NCBI GenBank assembly: GCA_011051565.1
Contig: DRKX01000005.1
Coordinates: 1 to 63,895, forward strand
DNA length: 63,895 nucleotides
Direction: 5' to 3'
DNA from: Nitrospirota bacterium
GTDB lineage: Bacteria > Nitrospirota > Thermodesulfovibrionia > Thermodesulfovibrionales > JdFR-85
Under the pieces are notes generated by a model. It did not search any database and was not told the origin of the DNA. It was given only the letters and a program-made list of their open reading frames with translations. Position 1 is the first letter of the stretch. Each line of letters starts with the position of its first letter. The translations under genes and the position numbers were made by a program. Below, piece by piece: positions 56,879 to 63,895 of the stretch.

Positions 56879-58519
56879 ATGGGGGTGAAGAGCGCCGAGG
56901 ATTGCTGGAAGACGATTCAGAAGGACCTGAAAGCGGATCTCCTGCCGGAGATAGAGAGGTTTGCACGCGAGAACGATGCACCCGCCCGGATCGTGTTCGG
57001 CACGTCGGGCTGGAGAGGGGAGATCGGGACGGACTTCACTTTTCACAACATCAGGGTGGTCACCCGGGCGATCATCGAGACACTCAAGACGGACGACCCG
57101 GGCCTGAGGGAGGCCCTGGGCATCAGGGACTTCGGAGACGTCCGGCAGAGGGGCGTGATCGTTGGGCACGACAACCGTTTCCTCGGGCCGGAGTTTGCAC
57201 GGGAGGTCATGGGGATGCTCGCCTCGGAGGGGATGAGCGTGTACTACGCAGGCGAGACGACCACGCCGGAGATTTCCGCCTCGATAGTCATGCGCAACGC
57301 GGCCTGCTCCATCAACATCACACCCTCTCACAACCCGGCCAACTACTCCGGCCTCAAGTTCAACCCCTCGGACGGCGGTCCGGCCGGCTCGGAGATAACG
57401 GACGTGATCCAGGCCGAGGCGAACGCACTGATGCAGAAAGGCGGGGTCGAGGCCGCCGGAGGCAGTGCCGAGGGTATAGATTACGAGGCGGTGGATACCA
57501 CCGGTCTCTACATCAAGTATGTGAGGAGCCGCGGCACGCTGGATCTCGAGAGGATCAGGGATTTCGTCGCCGGGGGCGACTGCATCGTTGCGGTCGATCA
57601 CGTCCACGGCGCCACCCGTGGGCGGCCCGAGAGGCTGCTGGGCGGTGAGGCAAAGGCGCGCGGTAAGCTCGTCCTGCTCAGGACCGAAGACGACTTCCTC
57701 TTCGGCGGGGTGGCTCCGGAGCCGTCGGCACGCAACATGGAGGGTGTCGAGCGGGTCCTCGGCTCAAGCAGTGCACGCTTCAGGCTCGGCGTGATCATGG
57801 ATCCCGACGGCGACAGGATCAGGTTCGCCGACCATACGATGCAGATACCGATGAACTATTTCGGCGCCATGGCCCTCCACTTCCTGCACGTCCACAAGGG
57901 AATCGAGGGTGTCGCCGTCAAGTCCGTGGGGACGAGCAACTTCGTCAACGCGATTGCCGAGAGGCACGGTGTCACGGTGCGCGAGACGAAGGTCGGGTTC
58001 AAGAACTTCCGCCCCTACCTGCTGCCCGGTGCGCCCGAGCGGGCGATCGTAGCCTTCGAGGAGTCCGACGGTATCTCGGGCTACAACCATACACTCGAGA
58101 AGGACGCCCTCTTCGCCCTCCTGCTCGCGATCGAGATGATCGCGACCACTGGAAAGAACCTCGGCGAGTACCTCGAGGAACTCATGGACGAGTACGGCCG
58201 TTACTATCCCGACCGTTCCGGGATCGAGGTGGACCGTTCCCTCGTGGGTGAGCCCCTGAAGAGGAAGCTTGAGGTAATCAGCGAGAGATACCCGCCGGGC
58301 AGTACGATACAGATCGGAGGCAGGCCGATGAAGGTCAGGGACCTGATAACCGTCGACGGCACGAAGATAGTGCTCGAGGACGGCTCCTGGCTTATGATCA
58401 GGCCCTCGGGCACAGAGCCGAAGGTGAGGTTCTACATAGAGGCGAGGACCATCGAGGAGAAAGACGCCATATTCGAGACAGCGGCACGTCTGACCGAGGA
58501 GGCGATTTCGGCCCGGTGA
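56879..58519 (+). CDS. pgm: Phosphoglucomutase/phosphomannomutase family protein
   Basis: 546 aa. FGTSGWRG, ITPSHNPANYSGLKFN, DPDGDR, RPSGTEPKVRFY. Confidence 0.88.
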   Translation: MGVKSAEDCWKTIQKDLKADLLPEIERFARENDAPARIVFGTSGWRGEIGTDFTFHNIRVVTRAIIETLKTDDPGLREALGIRDFGDVRQRGVIVGHDNRFLGPEFAREVMGMLASEGMSVYYAGETTTPEISASIVMRNAACSINITPSHNPANYSGLKFNPSDGGPAGSEITDVIQAEANALMQKGGVEAAGGSAEGIDYEAVDTTGLYIKYVRSRGTLDLERIRDFVAGGDCIVAVDHVHGATRGRPERLLGGEAKARGKLVLLRTEDDFLFGGVAPEPSARNMEGVERVLGSSSARFRLGVIMDPDGDRIRFADHTMQIPMNYFGAMALHFLHVHKGIEGVAVKSVGTSNFVNAIAERHGVTVRETKVGFKNFRPYLLPGAPERAIVAFEESDGISGYNHTLEKDALFALLLAIEMIATTGKNLGEYLEELMDEYGRYYPDRSGIEVDRSLVGEPLKRKLEVISERYPPGSTIQIGGRPMKVRDLITVDGTKIVLEDGSWLMIRPSGTEPKVRFYIEARTIEEKDAIFETAARLTEEAISAR

Positions 58520-58524
58520 GGCGG

Positions 58525-60576
58525 TCACCTTCTGAGAGACCGGCGCTCCGCGCGCACTGCGGCACCATTGCCGAGACGCCCCCCGGGGTTGTCCCTTTCG
58601 CAGTCCATGGATTCCCGTTCGGTGTCCGGTCCCTCTGTGGAGGCCTTCTTTTCGGGTTTGAACACTATGACCCCGAGTGGCGGGAGGGTGACCTCCAGCG
58701 AGTAGGGGCGGCCGTGCACCGTATCGTCCACCGCCTCGACCCCGCCGAGGTTGCCGACGTCCGAGCCGCCGTATATTGCGGAGTCACTGTTCAGTATCTC
58801 CCTGTAGTACCCGGGCTCGGGCACGCCGACCAGATACCTGTAGCGCGGCACCGGCGTGAAGTTGCAGACGAAGACGAGGAAGTCCTCGGGGTCTGCAGCC
58901 CTCCGGATGAAGGACAGCACGCTCTGTTCAGCGTCTGAGAAGTCGATCCACTCGAATCCCTCCTGCCTGAAATCGACCTCGTAGAGCGGGGGCTCCGTGG
59001 TGTAGAGGAGGTTGAGGTCCCTGACGAACCGCATGAGACCCCTGTGGTAGTCCCCTTCGTCGAGGAGGTTCCACTGCAGCTCCGAGTCGTGGTTCCACTC
59101 CCACCACTGGCCGAACTCTCCTCCCATGAAGAGGAGTTTCTTGCCGGGATGCCCGTACATGAAGCCGTAGAGCGTGCGGAGGTTCGCGAACTTCTGCCAC
59201 ACGTCTCCGGGCATCTTGTCCAGGAGCGCCCTCTTCCCGTAGACGACCTCGTCGTGGGAGAGCGGGAGCACGAAGTTCTCGGAGAAGGCGTAGATGAGCC
59301 CGAACGTCAGGTTGCCGTGGTGGTACTTCCTGAAGACCGGGTCCTTGGAGAAGTACTCGAGCGTGTCGTGCATCCAGCCCATGTTCCACTTCATCGTGAA
59401 CCCGAGTCCTCCGAGGTATGTCGGCCTCGACACTCCAGGCCACGCCGTGGACTCCTCGGCGATGGTTATGACACCGGGAAAGTGCAGGTGCACGACCTCG
59501 TTGAACTTCTTCAGGAAGTCTATGGCCTCGAGGTTCTCGTTGCCGCCGTATATGTTGGGGACCCATTCGCCGTCGCGTCGCGAGTAGTCGAGGTAGAGCA
59601 TCGATGCCACGGCATCGACCCTCAGGCCGTCGATGTGGTACCTGTCGAGCCAGAAGTAGGCGGATGCCTTGAGGAAGTTGGCGACCTCGTGCCTGCCGTA
59701 GTTGAAGATGAGCGTGCCCCATTCCCTGTGCTCTCCCTTGCGCGGGTCTTCGTATTCATAGAGACAGGTGCCGTCGAAGAACCTCAGGGCATGGTCGTCC
59801 CTCGGGAAGTGCCCCGGTACCCAGTCGAGTATAACGCCTATGCCAGCCTGGTGACACGTGTCGACGAAGTACATGAAGTCCTCCGGCGTGCCGAACCTGC
59901 TCGTTGGGGCGAAATACCCGGTGGTCTGGTAGCCCCAGGATGCATCGAGCGGGTGCTCGGTGACCGGGAGCAGCTCGATGTGGGTATAGCCGAGGTCCTT
60001 CACGTAGGGTATCAGCTCGGCGGCAAGCTCCCGGTACGTGAGAAAGCCGCCGTCGGGCTTGCGCCTCCAGGAGCCGAGGTGCACCTCGTATATGTTCAGG
60101 GGCCTCTGCAGGTAGTCGGTCCGGCTCCTCGCCTCGAGCCACTCGCCGTCGTTCCACCTGTAGCGGTTGATGTCGTAGACGATGCTTGCGGTCTTGGGCC
60201 TCACCTCTGAGTAGAAGGCGTAGGGGTCGCTCTTTATCCTGATGACGCCGTTAATCCTGGACTTGATGTGATACTTGTACAGTTCACCCTCGCCGATGCC
60301 GGGGACGAAGAGCGTCCAGACCCCGGAGGGGCCGGGCGGCGAGAGCCTGTCGGCCGTGGGGTCCCAGTTGTTGAAGGAGCCGATGACGCTGACCTCCTTG
60401 GCGTTGGGGGCCCAGAGCGCGAAGTGAACACCCTTTCTGCCGTTGATCTCGACGACGTGGGCGCCGAGCTTTTCGTATATCCTTAGGTGGTTTCCCTCTC
60501 CGAAGAGGTAGAGGTCGTAGTCGGTGAGGAAGGAGTCCCCTCGTGTCACGCTGTCTCTATCTTTCTGCGCGTCCAC
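58525..60576 (-). CDS. glgB: 1,4-alpha-glucan branching enzyme
   Basis: 683 aa. [52 protein letters not shown]. Confidence 0.93.
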   Translation of the reverse strand: MDAQKDRDSVTRGDSFLTDYDLYLFGEGNHLRIYEKLGAHVVEINGRKGVHFALWAPNAKEVSVIGSFNNWDPTADRLSPPGPSGVWTLFVPGIGEGELYKYHIKSRINGVIRIKSDPYAFYSEVRPKTASIVYDINRYRWNDGEWLEARSRTDYLQRPLNIYEVHLGSWRRKPDGGFLTYRELAAELIPYVKDLGYTHIELLPVTEHPLDASWGYQTTGYFAPTSRFGTPEDFMYFVDTCHQAGIGVILDWVPGHFPRDDHALRFFDGTCLYEYEDPRKGEHREWGTLIFNYGRHEVANFLKASAYFWLDRYHIDGLRVDAVASMLYLDYSRRDGEWVPNIYGGNENLEAIDFLKKFNEVVHLHFPGVITIAEESTAWPGVSRPTYLGGLGFTMKWNMGWMHDTLEYFSKDPVFRKYHHGNLTFGLIYAFSENFVLPLSHDEVVYGKRALLDKMPGDVWQKFANLRTLYGFMYGHPGKKLLFMGGEFGQWWEWNHDSELQWNLLDEGDYHRGLMRFVRDLNLLYTTEPPLYEVDFRQEGFEWIDFSDAEQSVLSFIRRAADPEDFLVFVCNFTPVPRYRYLVGVPEPGYYREILNSDSAIYGGSDVGNLGGVEAVDDTVHGRPYSLEVTLPPLGVIVFKPEKKASTEGPDTERESMDCERDNPGGRLGNGAAVRAERRSLRR

Positions 60577-61043
60577 TCCACCAGTCCTCCTGCCTTGATG
60601 AGTTCCTGCATGAACGGCGGGATGGGTCTCGCCCGGTACTCTTCGTTCCTGGTGAGGTTTCTTATGAGCCCCGAGTCTGCATCAATCTCTATCTCGTCGC
60701 CCTCCTGTATCTTCTCCGATGCCTCCGGCGACTCGAATATCGGGAGCCCTATGTTGAAGGCGTTCCGGTAGAATATGCGCGCAAAGCTCTTCGCCACCAC
60801 CGCCTGTATGCCGGCCGCCTTGATGGCGATCGGTGCGTGCTCGCGTGACGAGCCGCAGCCGAAGTTCTTGTCAGCGACTATGATGTCGCCGGACTTCACC
60901 TTGCCCGGGAACTCGGGGTCTGCGTCCTCCATGACGTGTTTTGCGAGCTCGACCGGGTCCGACGTGTTCAGATAGCGTGCAGGTATGATGGCATCGGTGT
61001 CTATGTCTGATCCAAACCTCCACGTCCTGCCCCTTATCAACAT
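60546..61043 (-). CDS. leuD: 3-isopropylmalate dehydratase small subunit (short, archaeal-type LeuD)
   Basis: 165 aa from ATG 61043 (GGAGG 9 nt upstream). [31 protein letters not shown]. The stop lies 31 nt inside the called glgB start. Confidence 0.85.
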   Translation of the reverse strand: MLIRGRTWRFGSDIDTDAIIPARYLNTSDPVELAKHVMEDADPEFPGKVKSGDIIVADKNFGCGSSREHAPIAIKAAGIQAVVAKSFARIFYRNAFNIGLPIFESPEASEKIQEGDEIEIDADSGLIRNLTRNEEYRARPIPPFMQELIKAGGLVEWTRRKIETA

Positions 61044-61096
61044 GACGGCAAACCTCCTTTCAATACGTTCTGGCACGCGGTATGCGACCGGCTGAC

Positions 61097-61861
61097 TTAT
61101 TTTACATCAAATCCGCCGGTATTTGCTCCCGGCCTTCCGCCTTCCGCGATCACACGCTCCACCCGGCTGCATATGCCGTGGATCATGCCGGCCTCCCAGG
61201 GCGTGAGCCCCGAGCGGCCGAACAGGTGTCTCAGGTTTCGCATTATCCGCTCTTCGAGGTTCCTGTCGCCCCTCGGTATGTAGCCGAGCAGCCTGAGGGT
61301 CTTCCTGATGTGTTCGAAGAGCGGTTGCATCTCTTCGTAGGGGACGAACCTCGGGCTTTCGGTCTCGAGCCTCTGGCATGCAAGCTCGTATGCCACGAGG
61401 AGAACCGCCTGAGCAAGGTTCAGCGATGGCGCCTCTGCGGCGGTCGGTATGTAGACGAGGAACCCGCAGCGCTCCACCTCCTCGTTGGTGAGCCCCCTGT
61501 CCTCCCTGCCGAAGAGTATGGCGACCCTGTTTCTCCCGGCAGCCTTCACGATCTCCGCGGCCCCCTCCTTGAGGCTCAGGAACAATCCCCGCTTCTTGCC
61601 AATCCTTCTCGATGTGCCGACTACGACGGCCTTTCCCCTGAGCGCTTCGTCGACGGAGTCGAAGACCGCAGCCTCCTTCAACACGTCCGTGGCGTGACAC
61701 GCGAGCCAGAGATCGTGCCCCCGGGTATGGTTTGCTGGCGGGTTGACGAGCTCGAGGTTTGAAAACCCCGTATTCTTGATGGCCCTCGCTGCGGCCCCTA
61801 TGTTGCCGGACTCCCTGGGGGCTACCAGTGTGAAGTATATGTTGTCTTTCCAGTCTGGCAT
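61097..61861 (-). CDS. trmJ: TrmJ/LasT-type SpoU-family tRNA 2'-O-methyltransferase
   Basis: 254 aa. LVAPRESGNIGAAARAIKNTGFSNLELVNP, ILFGREDRGLTNEE, PSLNLAQAVLLVAYEL. Confidence 0.85.
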   Translation of the reverse strand: MPDWKDNIYFTLVAPRESGNIGAAARAIKNTGFSNLELVNPPANHTRGHDLWLACHATDVLKEAAVFDSVDEALRGKAVVVGTSRRIGKKRGLFLSLKEGAAEIVKAAGRNRVAILFGREDRGLTNEEVERCGFLVYIPTAAEAPSLNLAQAVLLVAYELACQRLETESPRFVPYEEMQPLFEHIRKTLRLLGYIPRGDRNLEERIMRNLRHLFGRSGLTPWEAGMIHGICSRVERVIAEGGRPGANTGGFDVK

Positions 61862-62088
61862 TTATCGGCCGTGGATGCGCTCGTTGAATCGAGCCGGTTG
61901 TATTTTAACATTTAAGGGCGGCAAAATAGATGCGGTTTGTTGTATAATTATAACCGAAACCGGGCGGTTCCTATAGTGAATGCCGGCCTCCAGCATGAAT
62001 TATGACGGGAGGAAGGAGGGCCGTATCACGTCTCCTTGGGTACCCGACGACCACATAAACCGCCCGCTCGACGCACGTTTGCTGATCA

Positions 62089-62164
62089 GCCGGGGTAGCT
62101 CAGCTGGTAGAGCAGCTGATTCGTAATCAGCAGGTCAGGGGTTCGAGTCCCCCCCCCGGCTCCA
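62089..62164 (+). tRNA. tRNA-Thr (CGT)
   Basis: 76 nt. GCCGGGG/CCCCGGC acceptor, loop TTCGTAA, GGTTCGAGTCC T-arm, encoded CCA. Confidence 0.93.
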
Positions 62165-62233
62165 CCTTGACAAACACCTGCATGGCGACGACGATGAAAG
62201 TCAACTACAATCAACGATTCTGAAGGAGGAGCT

Positions 62234-63193
62234 ATGGGACAGTTAGGGATGGATCTGAACAGGTTTATCCTCGAGGAGGAACGGAGATACTCTTACGCCA
62301 CGGGTTCGTTGTCTCTCGCCCTTACGGCTATCGAGTCGGCCACGAAGATAATCGCCTCGCATGTACGCATGGCGGGGCTGGCCAACATACTCGGAAAGGC
62401 GGGAAAGGTGAACGTCCAGGGGGAAGAGGTGCAGAAACTGGACGAGATGTCGAACAACATGATGATCCGCCACCTCGCCGACAGCGGGCAGTTCTACGCC
62501 CTCGCCTCCGAGGAGCTCGACGACGCCATATTCCCGGAGAAGGGCAGGGACGGCAAGTACATAATAGCCTTCGATCCCCTGGACGGCTCATCCAACATCG
62601 ACGTGAACGTCAACATAGGGACGATATTCTCGATCCACAAGAAGGTCAGCGGGACGGTCGAGGACTTCTTCCAGGAGGGATACAAGCAGGTTGCGGCAGG
62701 CTACATAGTCTACGGTTCTTCCACCATGATGGTCTACTCCACCGGAAACGGGGTGAACGGTTTCACCCTCGACCCTGCTGTGGGACTCTTCCTCCTCTCT
62801 CATCCGAACATGAGGCTTCCCGAGCGGGGCAAGACGTACTCCATAAACGAGTCCAACTATCCCGGATGGGAGGACGGCCTGAGGAGATACATAGATTCCC
62901 TCAAGCAGAAGGGATACACGGCGAGGTACATAGGCTCCATGGTCGCCGACGTGCACAGGACCCTGATAAAGGGCGGAGTCTTCGCCTATCCCGCGGACAG
63001 CAAGAACAAGAGCGGCAAGCTGAGGCTGCTCTACGAGGCCTCCCCGATGGCCTTTCTCATAGAGCACGCAGGCGGCAAGGCGACGACCGGAAAGGAAGAC
63101 ATACTGAAGGTCAAGCCCGAATCGCTCCACCAGAGGGTCCCCCTCTTCCTCGGCAGCAGTGCCGACATCGAAGACCTGATGGGCTGCCTATGA
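62234..63193 (+). CDS. fbp: Fructose-1,6-bisphosphatase class 1
   Basis: 319 aa. FDPLDGSSNIDVN, GSMVADVHRTL, GGVFAYP, LRLLYEASPMAFL. GAAGGAGG RBS. Confidence 0.93.
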   Translation: MGQLGMDLNRFILEEERRYSYATGSLSLALTAIESATKIIASHVRMAGLANILGKAGKVNVQGEEVQKLDEMSNNMMIRHLADSGQFYALASEELDDAIFPEKGRDGKYIIAFDPLDGSSNIDVNVNIGTIFSIHKKVSGTVEDFFQEGYKQVAAGYIVYGSSTMMVYSTGNGVNGFTLDPAVGLFLLSHPNMRLPERGKTYSINESNYPGWEDGLRRYIDSLKQKGYTARYIGSMVADVHRTLIKGGVFAYPADSKNKSGKLRLLYEASPMAFLIEHAGGKATTGKEDILKVKPESLHQRVPLFLGSSADIEDLMGCL

Positions 63194-63242
63194 CGGCGGC
63201 CGAAGGCGGAGTGATGATGATCCACGGGGAGACCGCGGCGTC

Positions 63243-63895
63243 ATGATAAACAGGGAGAGAGTCCTCAAGTTCTTCAGCACCTGCAGCCGCCCCATGAGCT
63301 TCAAGGAGGCCGCCGCCCAGATGAAGCTCACCCCCAAGGAGTCGAGGCTCCTCAAGAAGATACTCCGGAGCGCGGTCAGGAGCGGCGAGCTCATAATGAC
63401 CCGCAAGGGCAGGTACGGGACACCCGAGGAGATGAGCCTTGTGAGGGGCTACTTCGAGGCGCACAGGGACGGCTACGGTTTCGTCATCCCCGAGGACCCC
63501 GGACAGCGGGACGTGTTCGTGCCTTCAAAGGCTACGCTCGGGGCGATGGCCGGCGACAGGGTGATCGTGCGGATCGAGAATCCGAGGAAGAGGGACGGAA
63601 GGATTCTCAGGATAATCGAGCGCGCCCAGACGAGGCTGGTCGGGACCATTGAGATCTCCAAGGGGACGTCGTTCGTCCGGCCAAAGAGGAGGGACATGCC
63701 GTTCGACATATATGTCGCGCCGAAAGACCGGAGGAACGCCCGAAACGGCGACATGGTCGTCGTGGAGATACTAAGCTATCCCACCGACAAGCGGCCCCCC
63801 TCGGGAAGGGTCGTCAAGATACTGAAGAAGCCCGAGGTTCCCGCAGAGGAGGTCGAGTCGATAATCGACGAGTTCAACCTGCCGAGGAAGTTTCC
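63243..63895 (+). CDS. rnr: Ribonuclease R, N-terminal part (3' end cut by window edge)
   Basis: My own translation from ATG 63243, open to the window end (not in the ORF track). MINRERVLKFF...GRYGTPEEMSLVRGYFEAHRDGYGFVIPED...GDRVIVRIE...GDMVVVEI, an HTH plus OB/cold-shock N-terminus typical of RNase R. Confidence 0.85.
   Translation, partial: MINRERVLKFFSTCSRPMSFKEAAAQMKLTPKESRLLKKILRSAVRSGELIMTRKGRYGTPEEMSLVRGYFEAHRDGYGFVIPEDPGQRDVFVPSKATLGAMAGDRVIVRIENPRKRDGRILRIIERAQTRLVGTIEISKGTSFVRPKRRDMPFDIYVAPKDRRNARNGDMVVVEILSYPTDKRPPSGRVVKILKKPEVPAEEVESIIDEFNLPRKF

Noticed and set aside
62149-62157. Run of nine C residues.
   Set aside because: Fully explained by the 3' halves of the T-stem and acceptor stem of tRNA-Thr.
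1-63895. CRISPR arrays, transposases, integrases, prophage, toxin-antitoxin or restriction genes.
   Set aside because: I found no direct-repeat/spacer periodicity and no ORF with recombinase, nuclease-helicase or phage hallmarks. tRNA genes are not flanked by integrase genes or direct repeats that I could see.

Overview
Gene-dense chromosomal segment, roughly 90 percent coding. It comes from a GC-rich diderm bacterium (by eye ~58-60 percent GC). Arg is mostly AGG/AGA and Ile is often ATA. Gene content includes a four-subunit pyruvate:ferredoxin oxidoreductase, multihaem cytochromes, BioW, GnnA/GnnB-like lipid A genes and MglA/MglB. Together these suggest an anaerobic, possibly thermophilic lineage, but that is inference only and I cannot assign a taxon. 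I call 66 CDS (two truncated by the window edges), 4 tRNAs that all encode CCA, and a type-A RNase P RNA. In order, the window contains: dnaG-rpoD; a zinc-ribbon protein, RNase HI and rnpB; NfeD and a stomatin-like protein; yceD-rpmF-plsX-fabH; a Zn-ribbon response regulator and acylphosphatase; bioB-bioW; a lipid kinase; mglBA; porGDAB; recN; RNA methyltransferases; a GT2 plus flippase-like pair; a GGDEF cyclase; a haem operon (P-loop gene, ccsA-like, hemA, hemC, cobA/hemD); motAB; a six-gene cytochrome/FeS/NrfD/Rieske/cytochrome b locus; aroC-aroK plus an SNF transporter; cbiB; yjbQ; trpEGD; gnnAB-like genes with lpxB and waaA; a HEAT-repeat protein plus HD-GYP; asd; leuB; pgm; glgB; leuD; trmJ; fbp; rnr. 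I found no transposase, integrase, phage gene, CRISPR array or recognisable defence gene. This is core chromosome, not an accessory island. The best candidate for an undescribed system is the respiratory locus at 31684-37116. It joins a DsrJOP/Nhc/ACIII-type cytochrome c-FeS-NrfD module to a b6-like Rieske/cytochrome b module capped by an anchored pentahaem cytochrome. Secondary candidates are the HEAT-repeat/HD-GYP pair with a shared N-terminal domain, a P-loop protein with a Cys-tailed HTH-like end heading the haem operon, rnpB sitting 6 nt after an RNase HI gene, and several operon-first genes that look leaderless. All family assignments come from motifs read by eye and remembered homologues. 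No searches were run.
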